Shown here: positions 26,301-41,460 of the stretch, one piece after another | How positions within the stretch are numbered: the stretch's first letter is position 1 | Layout: each line of letters begins with the position of its first letter | Source: Chlorokybus atmophyticus | Lineage: Eukaryota; Plantae; Mesostigma and Chlorokybus algae | Length of the DNA stretch: 64,000 bases | NCBI GenBank assembly: GCA_009103225.1 | Contig: RHPI01000671.1 | Coordinates: 322,838-386,837 of the forward strand | Direction: 5' to 3' | Made by a program: the position numbers and the translations under genes | The notes under the pieces: generated by a model | Database searches by the model: none | What the model was told of the DNA's origin: nothing | What the model saw: only the letters and a program-made list of their open reading frames with translations

Positions 26301-26510
26301 CCGTTGCTCACTCCCACATGCATACGGTCTTCCGTATTGCAACTCAATCACTCGCCTGCACATTAACATGACTTGAAGCAGAGAACCCTTTTCTTAAAGT
26401 TTTCGTAATCTGAGTTCGGTATACATGCTCCCCTGTACAGCTTGCCCCGCAAAGCTACACACAACATACAGTCTATTCCCAAATGATACGTACAATATGC
26501 ATCCCTTACT

Positions 26511-27010
26511 CTATGAGTCTCCGCTACCCTCCGTACTACCATGGAATAACCTACACGGCTCTTGAGTGCAGCTGTCAAACACTCCGCGCCAACACACTTG
26601 GCGACTTGATGCTGCTTTGTTTGACAAACTTTGCAACAACTGATCAGTCCCTGACTCTGTATGCCATATAACATAGCGATCATACAATCCTTGCCGCTCC
26701 ATCTGTTTTGCAAGGCGCACCGCTGCCTTGTTAACCACTTGTTCTTCCCACCTAGCTACTTAAACCTTCAACTTGACATTCTCATCAATCAACAGTCCAT
26801 TCTGAAGCTCGGACTCCATCTTCAGTCTTCTGAACTTGGACTCATACCGCTCATACCGACGCTAGTACTCATCACGTTTAAATCGCATTGACTCAAGCCC
26901 TTCACGAAAACGACCAACTTTCACTTCAAGTTAACGCTTCCCGCTTTAATATTGCCTCTGCCGCTTCCACTCTGAGTCTCGCTGTGCGATCAACCCCTCT
27001 TCCACCTTCT
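26511..27010 (-). pseudogene. Degenerate coiled-coil-like coding remnant of unknown origin
   Basis: Reads RLRVEAAEAILKREAL / frameshift / LEVKVGRFREGLESMRFKRDEY*RRYERYESKFRRLKMESELQNGLLIDENVKLKV*VARWEEQVVNKAAVRLAKQMERQ. Composition is protein-like, with two stops and one frameshift. Confidence 0.4.
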
Positions 27011-27827
27011 TGCATGCTTTTGGACATCACTGCATATTATAACTCAATCCATCAACTTAGAATTGATGAGCAAAAAACACAACATAATTTCTATGCCCTT
27101 TGTTTGATCCAGTTTGGTCTTTGATTTGATTTTTAATTTGATTGCCAAAAGGCCAGAGAGTTGATGCAGGTTGTACCTCTCAGAAGCGTTGTTGGAGATG
27201 CGGACAACATGCCAAGATGGATTGTTAAGCGTGTGAGGAAGCGTATGCGCGTATGCCTGCACAGACACACGGATGAGCAAGCGTTCCTGCAACTGTATGT
27301 GTGCATGAACGAACGAGTAAGTGCAACTATCAATACCCTACCCACCCCACCTGACATAAATACAGGCAGACTGCCTCCCCAACCCCCCACTGTCATTTCT
27401 CATCAACATACCTTGCTAGGAATCAGCTGTGGCAAGGTCGAGGGACAACTGGTAGAGAGATCGGTTGCTTGTCTGATCTGGCCAACTTGCCAAAATTTTA
27501 TGCGTGCAACTCCTGCACACACCAGCGCATGCGTTAGTGGAAGGGGAGAGGGGGAGGGGGAGGGAGGCGTATTGTGTAAACCTTGTGTGTGAAATAGGAG
27601 CACCATATGCACACACACGGGCATGGGTGGAAGAGGCGAGCATGCGCGCACATCAACAAACCTTGAAGACTGCAGGGGTTGGGGGGCTGACTGGCTATGG
27701 ACTGGCTGATGCCTAGCTCTTATATGTACAGCTCATATTACACACCTGCGCAAGCGTTGGTGGAAGAAGAGGGACTAGGTGGGGGAGGCGAGCATGCATA
27801 CATGCTCACACGCGCGCACGCGCGCGC

Positions 27828-28076
<249 letters not shown>

Positions 28077-31000
28077 GTTACAAACCTCGCACACTTGCGC
28101 ACACGCACAATCATGAATCCTTGCGAACACAGCATACATGTGCAGAACAACCTTACCACTTGTGAAATGTGCGCTTGGTGAGAAGAGTTGTTGTGCTTGT
28201 TTGGTCTACTGCCCTGACTGAGCTTGAATGATGGGGGTAAGGGGCAGCAACATCACACGAAATGCACATATCACACAGGCATGCCGCAACTCACTAGCTA
28301 ACAAACGCGCCGCCTGAATGAAGGCCAGGCTAACTGGTCGCTACTACAACCTGGGTGACATGGTCGGCCTGGCCGGGCCAAGGGTGATAGAGGGAGAGGG
28401 GGAGCGTGCATCCAGGAAGCCAATAAAGTGAGCAGTGTGTTAAAAGCACGTCAGGCATGCGCTTGTGCACAAACTTACACTCACCTCTAGAAAGGTGCCG
28501 CCTCCTTGCTCGCCGCCGTCCCGGATGCCGCCTTGACATGTTCGCCTGCCTGGCGAGGTCATGGGGTGAGGGGGCAGCTGTGGGGGACGCTTTAGACACA
28601 GATTAACTTTCAGATAACTTCTCACCTGAGCAGCTGCAGCCGCCGCCTCGCCCGCCGTCTTGGCCTAGTTGCCGGCCTAATCCACTAGCTCATCGGCTGC
28701 TGCCGCGTTCGTCAGAACAATTTAATGTTTTCATGATTTAAAGAATGAGTGTTTCGAAACCGCCCAAAACACATCTCAATGGCGCGACCGAACCCAACTT
28801 GCAACGGCAGGTCGCGCGTCGGGGATGGGATGCAATCTGCCTGGCTGTGCGCCAGAATATGGAATGCGTTGGGTGAGCCCATGGCGGCGCTCAATGCATC
28901 GCGCGGCAACGGTGGGGTCACTAAATGCATTTTAGAAGGCGACTGCAACTCAACGAAACCGCACGCACAAACGGGGTAATTTTAAGTATGGTAGTAGGAT
29001 ATACAGTTACGAAAACAATACGCACATACTGTCAGCTTCACTATCAATGCACAATACACTACATGCATGCTGGACGCACATACATGTAGAAAGCATGGTT
29101 GAAGATGTTGCAGTTAAGGTGTATCGCTTCAGTTGCTCTGCCTCACCGTGATTACCCCTACTAAAAGAGTTAGTACCTTTTAGATTAACAGCATGCAAAT
29201 CGTCGCACACATTCAACATCATGCATAATGTCAAGCGCACACCATTTGCAAGTTTACCACTCGCACTTCATAGTAAGCACAACCGAGCGATGTACAACAC
29301 TGTTGATATTGTAGGCCCTCGCTATAAGAGCCCTCGATTGGATATGTCCCCCAAACGTGCGGAGGTAAAGTTGCCTCTAAGTAAGAGTTAGAGCATCTAG
29401 TGTAAGAGCAATCAATATCGCGGATTGCTCTTACACCAAGAGCAATACCCACGGACTTTTATTGATATGCCGCTATCTATGCGCTGCTTTATGCGTTGAC
29501 AGTTGGCGTACTACTTTACTAAAGCATCCGTTGACACCAGCAATCGGTAAGCGGTCGGCCGACAGTTGGCCATCCTAGCGTGACCCTTGCTATAGGAGCA
29601 ACATATGCTCCTTCTTTTAGGTCAGAGCACCTTAATACAATAGCATCGAAGCGCTCTCCAGTCCTGGTTCTTATATCGAAGGCAAACTGTATGTATGTTT
29701 CCATTGCAATTTGCCATTTCAATAGCGATGACCACTCACCGAAGTATATGTGATTTACATATGTGCAAACCATTGTTTAATGGGTGATAATTACACTGAT
29801 GAACATTACGCAAATCGACGCCTTGCACAACTTGAAGTGTGGGCATACTTTGTGATTGAGACCTTTTACACGCAACACTGCAATTGAAAGACCGTGACTG
29901 ATGCAACGAAGTTGTGGAATGCACGACATGTTATGCATAATTGTCGCGCGTAACTCCCACAACATTTAAGTAGTTTAATGCATACATTTGCTTGCAAGTG
30001 CGCGCATACAACAGCATAGATTACACGCTAAATGCACGGCGAGTTTGAGTTGCATATGGATAGGCATCATTGTACACGCATTACGTTGGTCATTCTGCAA
30101 CTCTTACGCACAGCAGCACCGCACATAGTCACATGCACTTGAGCATGTGGAATGCTCATTGATTGTTGGTTCAGAGTGCTGCAGCGAATAGCAATCCGCT
30201 GCGGCATTTCAATTGATTTGTTAGTTTGATGAACATGCTGTAACCGAAGCTGCGGCACCGCTGTGTCCGCATGCATAGAAAACCAATATTAACGTAAACG
30301 TCACCTATACTTGGAAGTTGTTAGCTCGTGTGAGATTGCAGCAACCGATTGCTTGGTGTGCTGACTGCTAGCGGTGTTGGCTCATGTGCTGACTAGGGGT
30401 TGGTTGCATGACTATATTACTTGCTGCACTAATGTGCTCCTGGTATTGATTTGCTGCGGAATTGATTCACACGCATGCAGACTCGCGGGATTGCACGCGG
30501 GATACGCTAAACGCATACAAGAATCCCAATGTTGCAGTGGCTCGTTGCTCCTTTGTGGCATCTTACTCTCTCAGCGTGTTGCTACCAACTACATGACCTA
30601 CCTTGCTAAGCGTGCTACTGCGGAGCCCAATAAATACACTCACGCCTTGATTATTTGCTTTGCCTTGCCTATGTCTAACAGCAAACTTACAACTCGTGTA
30701 ACTTGTGCATCGGTTTGCACACTAGTTTGACTTTGTTGACAAGGTGTTCTGGTCATGCCATAGTCTTTGCCGGTACAAGTGCCTGTGCCCAGTGTCAAGT
30801 CAGCGCGGAGCAATCATCCCTGAAGAATGGCTCTCGTTTACCATGTAAACGGCTTCAGCATGCAATTATACATCTCACATCAAGTGCAAGTAGTGTTTGT
30901 AAATCTGAATATAGGTGACAAGCAGACATGGCCTGCTAATGCTCAGTGTACTGCCACAATGCTATTATACCAGATGTAACAATGCAGATTGTAACAGCAG

Positions 31001-31292
31001 ATTGAGCACCAACAACGCCCACTTACCAGTGCCCAATCAAGGTGACCCACCAGCAGCTCTATAACTGCGGTGAGCGAAGCAACAATACTAGTACATGGGA
31101 AGATACACACACATACACAACTCTAAACAAGTGCTACCTATGAATGCCACTGGCAGCAATGTGCATGCAGGTTGTGTGGCAGGACCATTTACGTGGCGCC
31201 CTAGTCCAGATGGTAGTTACAATGCGCCTTTCGTGACCACTGTTTGCGTATAGACAACCAGATATCTTCAGAGGAGACTCTGAGAAGCGTCT

Positions 31293-32802
31293 TCAGCTAG
31301 GGTAGTCAGCATTGATACCGAAGATGCGTACCTGCCCATTAGCAAGTTGCTAAGCAAACTGATGGGTGCATCAGCACCAGAAGCAGGTGCTTGCATCCTA
31401 AAACTGCACGCTAAGATGTGAGAGAATTGCATGACGATTGCACCTGCTCAATACATAACATACCTTGTGCATGTTAGGGAACTTAGCAATCAGCAGAACC
31501 ATCACGGCAATTAGGTTTAAACTGAGCAGCTGACTTGAGTAACCAGTTGTGTGGGAAGCGAGCAGGAACCTGCCAAGGAAGACGTAGCATCAACTGCTAA
31601 TCAACGCACACCACCACTCAAGGCTCACGCTGACACGCAGATCAGTACAACATGCAGCCCTGTCCTCAGATCATGCACGCTGTGCACACAAATCATATGC
31701 TACAGGTGCACTCGTCAACAGACATAGCACAGCCTACACGCAATGCATGAATCCCCTCAGCAGCATGTATGACCAATGCGTTTCAAACACACAGTCCACA
31801 CGGAATGAAACTTACGTCAAGACGGGCATTACAGTAAAGAACTTGCGGTTGCGGGTGAATTGTACGCCACTGTCAACCTGCTCCCACCAGGTCTCCTTGT
31901 CATGTGCTCCCTGATCCTCTCTGAATGGTGAGCCTTTTTTCCAATGGAAGAAGTAGTAGGTGATCTGCAGGAAAGCACAGGCCAACCACATCATTGCGGA
32001 ACAAGCCGCCAAGACAAAAGCTGCGTGTAATGCACAAGCATATCGTAGTCAAAACGTCTTGCAGAATTCACGAATACCCTTGTGGAACAACCCAAGTGTA
32101 GTATGCAAAGCGCTCTACAGCAATGGGTAGCAAGAAGCTGTGCGTTGTTTGCTGCTGGTATGGTTTGACAACCAAGAAAATTTGCTTCTGCTTTGTCAAA
32201 CCAGAAGCAGTACGCACAGCGCTTGAAATACAACAGGCAGGAAGTTGAGTATGACATAGCATGCCATGGACGGCACAACTAGTAGGCTTGCACATTCGTC
32301 TGGGCGTGTAACGTGCCAGTCGCCAATGAAAACTGCATAACAACGGTATGCGTCCTACTGTCGTAACACTGATAGTTGCCTCTGAAGACAACATGCGCTT
32401 GCTCTATCAGGACTGAAGGAGCCAAAGAGTATCGACCCGCCACCCACAAAGAGACACAGTAGCATTAATAAAAGCTCATCAACGCCGGGCACGTTTGGCA
32501 TGAAGCAGTGCGTCATCTTCACAGCCACGGGTCGGGAGACAACTTACCGCAAAATGCACAAGATGAACAGCTGTCCAAGCGTGCCCAGCGGAGAAGCCAA
32601 CAGCTGAGAAGCAAAGAAATAGCAGCAGAAGAATCAAGACGTAGCTGGTCCATACACCGGGGTAGTCAATCCAGCTGGTATTCAGGTTCATATCCGCGCT
32701 GGGCTGGTAGACAGCCGTCAGACCATGCGAGTGATGTCTGTGCAGCAGCTTGCCGGTCTGCGGAGGCGACGATGGCGACGGCGCCGCAGACGCCGTCGCC
32801 AT
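31293..32802 (-). CDS. ORMDL: ORMDL/Orm1-like serine palmitoyltransferase regulator, 4 exons
   Basis: Spliced: ...PSADMNLNTSWIDYPGVWTSYVLI...AWTAVHLVHFA|ITYYFFHWKKGSPFREDQG...ETWWEQVDSGVQFTRNRKFFTVMPVLT|FLLASHTTGY...LLIAKFPNMHK|VRIFGINADYPS*. All family motifs are present. The start codon (32802) is inferred. Confidence 0.95.
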
Positions 32803-35800
32803 CGTCTCCACCTGCCCTCTCACCGCCATTGTCCAACCCCCTCCACCTGCCCTCTCACGACTCGCCCAAAACCCTAATTAAGCTGCGCTCAAGCCCACTG
32901 TACTCCCACGCTTCCCCTGCGTCAAGCCTGCCGCACCCTCCTTCTGCTCCTCACCCTCCTTTACCGCAGCAAACAAGCCCTGACCACAACCCACCACCCA
33001 CCAGTGCCAGCTGCTCCTCAACCTCCTCTTCGCCACCGTCACCGCCGCCCTCGCCAAGGATGTCGCCTATGTCCGTGAACGATAAGCTTAGCTCAGCGCA
33101 TATGTTAGGCGTACACACGTGGAAGGCAGCGTCTGGGCGAAGGGAATACCCCAAACACGGCTCCCAATACGCTGCTTACGTCACCAACCGCACAAACCGC
33201 CAAAACACGTCGTAACACAAGGGCAGTCAGATCTGGTTTAGAAACATCTAAGGTAGATACTTGGTTAGGTTTCTAACCGAAGTGCAAGTCGCACATGAGT
33301 CACCTGTACCATGACCTACTGAACACGAAAGTCAAGCGCTTTGCCAGAACCACTTCACACCCTTCGTCAGTACTTCGTGATGGTGGTTCATGAACTAAAA
33401 CGGCAGGTTCGCAAACCAGTGCATCGTTAACTATTCACGTTACATCTGACTGGCGGGAAAATCGAGGGAGCTGCGCGTGCCAGTCGTATCGCGGATCTCG
33501 GCGGGCAGCGTATCTGGTGGGGCGAGGAGCTTGATCCGACGGCCAGCAGGTTCTCAGCGGCCGGTCCGTCCCCTCTCATTTAAGGGTTCTCGACGCTTCA
33601 GTCCACGTCGGCACTGCGCAGACAAAAGATCACGCACGCAAGATACCACGGTACAAACCAGTAAAAGTATCTTGCCTTGCGCAGGCCCGTCCCTGCTTGT
33701 GCGTTCTGTGCTTGGCGATCGGTAGAGCGCCTGCCAGGTGTGCTGGCTACAATTTGGCCGCAGTAAGCAGTCATGTCAGTGAGACACATCTAGGCCATCT
33801 CAACCTACTCTTACATTGTACATTTATCTCTTACATGTTGTCTCTTTTTCAAATCTCGTTAAACGGTAGTTAGAAGCCAACAAGACCAATTGAACCCTTA
33901 TTGATGCGATCATTGTAATAAAAATCAACCATGTTTATGGTTTTTACTATGAAGGCAATATATATGGACGAAATTAGCAAACATAGTGCACCGTTCCGAA
34001 CGTCATGCATGTAATGTTTACCAGGCTCGGGAATGTAGCAAACATAAAGGGTATTTTGTAGTGTTCAATTTTTGTTGTGAAACGCCATAACGGGGCAATA
34101 CTCCAACTTTTAAACAAACGAATCATATTGTTAGGTATATATCATCTTGCAAGATAATGCGCACTACATAGTATTATGCCACTATGTTATTGTGTGATTG
34201 AAACTTCGTTGAATACATGTGTGGCAATCAAAAGGGCTTGTCATGCACACTTGGTAAACCTCTTTTTATTATTATATATTTAAGTGCAAGCGGATACAAG
34301 CCACCCGTTATCACAACCTCGATGTGTACTTTGTGTAATGATAATTTGCAAATGCTTTGCAAAGCCTACATGATTGCCAATGGGGTCAAATTCTAAAGTC
34401 AGCACACATAAAACTATACAAGAATGCAAATGCAAGTGCCATGTCATGCCATGGCTAGTTTATGCAAACGAGGTGACACAAGATCATGATATTGTGCAAT
34501 GCCTTGCACATTCACCAAATCCAGGTAGCTACTCAACTAGGGTGAAATGAACGCGCCCCCCACAACCACATCCATAGTTTTTATACACAACGCAATGACG
34601 GCTATGTGACGGGTGACTCAGATTCCATCCATTCATGACTAACGAGGTTTGGGCAGTAGTGGATGTTGATGTACAGATATAGTAGTTGAAGAAGTAAAAG
34701 GGTAGCCCAATGATGCGCCTATTGACCAAGTTGTGTTGTGTCACACAACTTGTATGCCATGCGATTGCCATGCAATAATAGCATATGTTCAGCCCATGTC
34801 ACAAACAGCATTGCAGCCGAACTACTTGTGCAACTTAACTTGGGTCTTAAGCGCTGACAGGTGTAAGGACGAAAGGGCCGGCAGCGGCATAACCACCGAC
34901 ATCATAGTAAAGCGCAGGGGCCCAAGCTGTCTAGGCGTCTGTCCGTTCACAAGTGCATGCCGAAGTCTGCCCAAGCCCGGCTTAACCTCTCCTCTCCTGC
35001 CCTGCGCTCTGCAGGTGGCAATGTTGCTGTCGTCTTGCCACTTCCCCTGCTTGTTGCTGCCTGAGGGTCTAGTGTGGTTATTGTGGTTTTTAAGATAGCT
35101 GTGTAAGCGGTCAGCTCTGTCTTGGCCCTCGCCTAAATCTAAGTCTTCTTTGCTTGCTGTGCGGCCTGCTTTGTGTGTTTGCTAGCACAATCATTCTAGC
35201 ATTCTCTGAGCGTGCCTCGCGAAGCTCTGATGTAAGTTATATATGCCGTGTACATAAATCTCCTAAGCTATTCGAGATATGCAATGAATGCCTTGCACAC
35301 ATTAATTGTGTTTGGCTAGCTGGTAGCATGTACCTGCCAGCTATGCAATGTCACGTATGCGCGACGTGCATTGCACGCAGCCAATATCCCCGGCGTTCTT
35401 TTGTATACAAGGGGCAGAACCAGCCAATAGGGGTTAGGGGCCGCCCTTTACCTCTTTTGCTGTACTGGTTAATGTGAATGGTGTTTGATGGCGATCTACC
35501 TCTACGTAGGTGCCTGTTGTCAACAACCTAAAGTAATCAAGAGTAGTGAGCAACTCACGAGGTGCTGCCAGCAGTGCCACACAATGCTCTGACACACAGC
35601 AACGCCAACCTGTAGGTGGGAGGCAATTGTTATTCCATGCACTGAGTCACAACAACCGCAAGACACATGAATTGCGGCCTTCAGCACACAGAGTTGCACT
35701 GTTCAGCGGGCATGCAAGCAAGACATGCGGGCACAACACAAGCGCTAGAAGCCCAACCGTCGGTTAGGGCCTTCCCAGGTGTGGAGAAACCTCAGTTGGT

Positions 35801-35922
35801 AGTAGAAAGGCCACATCAGGTATGAAGGAACACAGCAGCGTCGCTGACCAGACAGAAACTGATGACATAGAGAAGCAGGTTGTATGTATAATGCTTACAA
35901 CACATGTACACGCGAATGCACG

Positions 35923-36452
35923 TCACGCATCGCGAACGCTGGTTGCTGCTGGTGCTTCGCTGTTGACCATCCATGGAATGCCGAAGCGGTCGGTGAACAT
36001 GCCGAAGCGCTGCGCCCAGAACGTTGGTGCGAGCGGCATGGTTACGTTCCCGCCCTCGCTCAGCGCCTGAAACAGCTTCTCCGCCTCCTCAGCCTTGTCC
36101 ACGCTAAGGTTGACACAAAACCCTTGGGGCTTCTTGTAGTAGGAGGGCGGGGCATCGGCGCCCATCAGGACAGTGTCATTCCCTATGATCAGCGTTGCAT
36201 GCATGATCTTGCTCTCCCACTCAGGGGGCACCTGGGTGCAAGCAGTGGATGGCTGTGTTATTCTTTGTTGGCAACAAGGTAGGCAGCGATGTGGCTGAGA
36301 GAATGCGTAGTGTCGTCAACAATCAGTACCTGAGTATCAGCGGGTGCGCTCTTATGGGTCGTGAGGGTGGCTTTGCCCCCCAGGCAGCGCTCGTAGAACT
36401 TGAAGGCTGCTGCGCAATCACCGGCGAAGCGGAGGTACGCCACAATCTTCAT
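35923..36452 (-). CDS. PhnB/YjdN-like VOC (glyoxalase-fold) protein, copy 1, 2 exons, 144 aa
   Basis: Exon 36452-36330 MKIVAYLRFAGDCAAAFKFYERCLGGK...DTQ; GT-AG intron; exon 36231-35923 VPPEWESKIMHATL...MGAD...GFCVNL...LSEGGNVTMPLAPTFWAQRFGMFTDRFGIPWMVN. Matches the bacterial PhnB-family consensus. Confidence 0.93.
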
Positions 36453-37937
36453 TTTCTCACTTCCCTTGCGTCACAAGTTGTGTGCGAAAGTCAAGAGAGA
36501 TGACAGAAGCATGTTGGTGTGCACTACGCAACTTGACTGACGGAAACAAACAGATCAACTGCACGATGGTTTTAAAGAGGCTTAGCGGTACACGTCACAC
36601 CAACTTGATCTTGTAGATGGCTGTCACAGGTGCGCTGCTTGAAAGCCACAAGTGTGGTTGTGTGTGATAGCTTACATTATGACAGCTGACCCACAGGTGT
36701 CCGTGCTGCATGCCTTGCAAGCATTGTCGTTGACGGTGCGTGCAGTGCAAAATCACAGCTGTGGGGTTGTGTTGCGTTTCCGGCGTGGTGGACAGTCGAC
36801 TTGGAAACCGTTTACAAGTGGTTGTTTCATGATTCCATAAAACAACGTAACAGCATGTTCACATATAGCTAGCTGTTGTAGCGCCACTACCCATGCAACT
36901 CGCCTCAGTATGACTGCGTGTAAACGTTACCCCGCAGGTTGCAACCATGCACAGCTCGCGAACACCAAGCACATAAGAGCACACATCAAGAGTGCAGTAC
37001 CCAGCATTGATTACCGGACCCAAACATTCAAGTTTGCAAGCGACACACTCACCAGCACAGAAGCACACGGCGGCCGCCAAACCCTGCTTGTGTATACAGT
37101 TGCTCAGCAGCTTCGTACAGCAAAGGAAAGCACCAGCTCGCAAGCCTCGCTGCGCCCTTTTGCCGCCGACGCCGCCAGCGCTGCGGCCAGCATCACCTTC
37201 CCCCTAATGAATAATGTCCACCTCGTCGCCCACCGCCTCCCCAGCCACGACGTCAACGAGGGCGCTGACACGGACGTCACGTCACATGTCACCGCTTGAT
37301 GTCAGCGCTTTGTTGGTGGAAGCTGACAGTGTATACGTAGCAGCCGCCAAGTGTTGATGGGGACATGTGCTGTGCCTGGTGCCATCCATCCATCAGTCAG
37401 TCAGCGTGGTGAATTTGGTATTACCTCAAAGCAGTAGTTAGTTGGGGATGATTGGTGCGTCCGCCCACCCCTGCTGCTTGCATTTGAAAAGAGGGTGCCC
37501 CCCAACCAGCGCAGGTAGGTGGCTGAAGTGCTGCTGCAAGTTGAGTGCATGCACGCAACCGTGCATTGTGCATGCATGCTAGCAGCACAATGTACTTGGC
37601 TGACTCCGGCGAATTGCATTGTGCTGCTAGCATTCAGGCAACGCTGCGTCTCACACATGCACTAGGTATCCAGTATCGTCACATTTGCATACACAAGCTC
37701 AGCTGAAGCCCACATGTACACACCATCTCTGCATACAACCAGGAATTGCTAGTGATGATGCATGTGTATGTTTGCGCCAGCTCATGCACGTCGTTTTCAC
37801 AATATACGACGCTGCACCCATGAGTCTAGCAGGGCACATAGACAACAAACAGCAATAAAAAGCTTAATATCAACGCTGCAACCAACTCGATGTCTACTCA
37901 AATTGATGCATGTGGTATCTACCCCGTGTCACTTAAC

Positions 37938-40215
37938 TCACACCACGTTCAGCATTGCGTCCAGTCGCGGCGAGTCTCTAATGCGTTGGCTGACTGAGTT
38001 GGACAGTGGCTCTGTTGGCTTGTCAATGTACTGGTGCAGCTCATCAAAGCAAATTCCGTTGTTGCCAACTTGCGTCTTACCAGCCGACACGTACGTGTAG
38101 ATGGAATTGTAGGTGTCAAACCAGGAGTAGTATCAACTTGACGACTCACGCCCACGCCTTGCGCCTCGCACAGTGCGAGCATGGTGAGGGGTTAGGTGAC
38201 TTGCGCACAGTGGATGAAGATGTGTACCCAAATTCGGTGTTTGTCAAGTAACCTCCCCAGTTTTGCTTATAATAAGAGCTTTGCTCGACCCATGTGCACA
38301 AGTACAGGGGGGGCCACTCCCGTACGCGCAAGTGGTTGTTACCGTTGCACTTTGTGCCTGAAAGGCACATGTAAAGGGCAACGGTAACAACCACTTGCGA
38401 GTCGGTGTGAAGTTACACATGTCGTCTACACAATATGCCACGGTGATAGTGTTGCCATGCACGCACTGCGTATGATGTTTGGCGAGTCTGGACCATTCAA
38501 GAACTCGTACCCATCCACTTCGCGGTAGGCGTTGCTAACGACTGTTGTTGTAACGGTTCCCAGCGAAGTCTGCAGTGACAAATTTTCGCATGTGGGTGAT
38601 GACAATGGTAAGGCTTACCAACATGCATGTGGGAACTAAAGCACGCACGTTGGTGATGCCGACGTTGGTGATGCCGAACCTTCGAACTGGCTACAAAAAG
38701 GCCGTGAGTCAGTGTGGTAGTAGTAGACGAGCCTGTGGGTTCTGGGTTCAGGCGAGAGGTGTTCACCAACTCCAAGCCGTGTGTGGCTTGTGCAAGCGAC
38801 ACTGTGCCCGTAACAGCCACAACGCCATATGCAATGTACAGATGCAACTTGGCATCCACCTGCTCCACGTCGAGTGCAGATAACCGATTGTTGCATATGA
38901 CTGATCAGCCTGTAATACCACAGAAGGAAGAGGTTGTGCAGTAAAATGTGCACTACATTAAGTTCTTTCCTCACCTTGTATCCGCCATTAAGTTGCGGAT
39001 TGTTACTGGCCTGGTCTGGATAACGTTTCTGTAGCAAGGAAGGCGGTGATGTAGTTGATTCCATGGTTGAGTACGCCAACAAATGGCATTATATCGACTT
39101 CCAAACCTTCATCATAAATGCAGGGCTGTCAAAGTCCACGTGGTAAGTCGTGCTGTACGCCACGCCGGCAACGCTCACGTCCAACAAGATGTGCACAGCG
39201 AAGGGTGCGTGTTTGACAGATGCGTAGATGTGGGGATACAACAGCTTGGCCTGAAAATGGCAAGCAGGCAATGACCCCCAACCCACCCACCTTGTAGCCA
39301 CACGCCGGAAGTGATGGGATCTGCGGCTAGTGTCTGTTCCGCGGTGTTGCGCGCGCACTTCACTGGTACGTTGACGCCCGTCCACGCGCGGCCAGTCTGT
39401 GCCGACTCCCCCGTAACACGAGGTGATTGGGTAGAATTACTAACTAGTGGATGTGCATGAACTGCGGCGACGCCTTTGTGAAGGAGTGACGTGCCAGCAA
39501 CACTGTGCATGACGGTGTTGGAAGTGGTGTGGAGGGCGCAGGCCTTGTCACGTACCACTCCTGCGTTCGAGTGAAGGTGCAGAGGTAAAGACAACCTAGC
39601 ATAGGCCCTAGTGCTGAGCATCAGAGACTTGTGTACTACCTACTAGTAGTAGCAGCAGCACGTGCTGATGCTGGTCACCACAGTGGAGTGGTAGCATCAG
39701 CACGGTGCAGCACGCTCCGACCTTGTTTATCAGCAGCATTGTAGTATTGCTAAGTTGACAGCTACGACAGCTGCAACGATGACGATAACGATCGCACAAC
39801 AGTCTTGACAACAACAGCTGCAGTCCTTGCAGCAACAGCAACAGCAACGTGGCGGTGGCCGTTGCTGATGGCTGTTGTGGTTGTTCCTACAACCACAACA
39901 GCCACCGTTACCACCACAACAGCAACCAACACAGAAGTAAAGAGAAACAGCGACACCATGTCCAACCTGAGCAACAGCTGCAACAACAACAACAACAGCA
40001 ACGGCAACGACAACAGCAGGACTGCACTGAAGGACCTGTGGCCTGGCACTAATACACGCCTTCTGGAATGTTGGGTCCGTGTCAGGGTTGGGCCACGCAT
40101 CGGTGTTGCAGGGGGTCTCGCCTTCAGCCATCGCCTGTGTTGCAGAAGCCGCCAGAAGCAGCAGCAGCGAACACCACAACGAGACGACGACCTGGCCGCT
40201 TGCACGCTTTGCCAT
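37938..40215 (-). pseudogene. Multi-exon predicted secreted protein, paralog A (probably disrupted)
   Basis: Signal-peptide-like exon MAKRASGQVVVSLWCSLLLLLAASATQA...NTDAWPNPD. Later exons: EWYVTRPAPSTPLP, HAPFAVHIL, GLELVNTS, YREVDGYEFLNGPD, EQSSYYK, YTYVSAGKTQ. An ~10-nt insertion relative to paralog B creates TAG at 39444-39446. Function unknown. Confidence 0.55.
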
Positions 40216-40794
40216 GGCCGCCTTCAGCAGCACCCAACAAATGTGCTGTTGTGTGCAATGCAGCAGCTGAGGGACTGTGTTCTGTAGATTCCAGGCATGC
40301 GCACGCTGGTGGCATCAGCCAGAGAGGGCTTTACATGTGTGCACCGCTCACGCCTCCCCAAGACGCACACACCGCAAAAGCCCTGTTCACACCTGCAAGT
40401 TGTCCTCTACAAATGCGTACTGCACATCCGTGCAACTGAGTGCTTGTCACACATGTGTGTACCCCTCCTGACTTATTACACCAGGTGCATGAACAACTAC
40501 AACGGGTATGACATGACAGTACAGCAAGAATCTGAGCTACTCATGATGCTATACATGGTGGTCTGTGTATGTGACGTGACATGCATAATGGGAGCACGTT
40601 AAGAAGCAAGCGTGCTCGCCACACAAAGGCATCCAGTCTACAACTGGGCTGTCACTGTCATTGCTTGACGTATGGCTACTGACCCAGAGTACAACGGTAA
40701 GTATGACGTAGTAGTTGCAGGTCTAAACGCTGTACAATGTAGCACTCAGCGTGCACTTGCCGATGTGCACGCTGCGTTCCCTGCGCAATTGTGT

Positions 40795-41460
<666 letters not shown>

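Noticed and set aside
29231-29773. SET-domain-like GIALGVRAIRDI motif in short ORFs
   Set aside because: The motif coincides with a DNA hairpin, and no downstream SET motifs (NHSC, ELxxDY) are present.
37104-37292. N-terminal targeting extension for PhnB
   Set aside because: The ATG is not conserved in the homologous region of copy 2 (~62580), so it is treated as non-coding.
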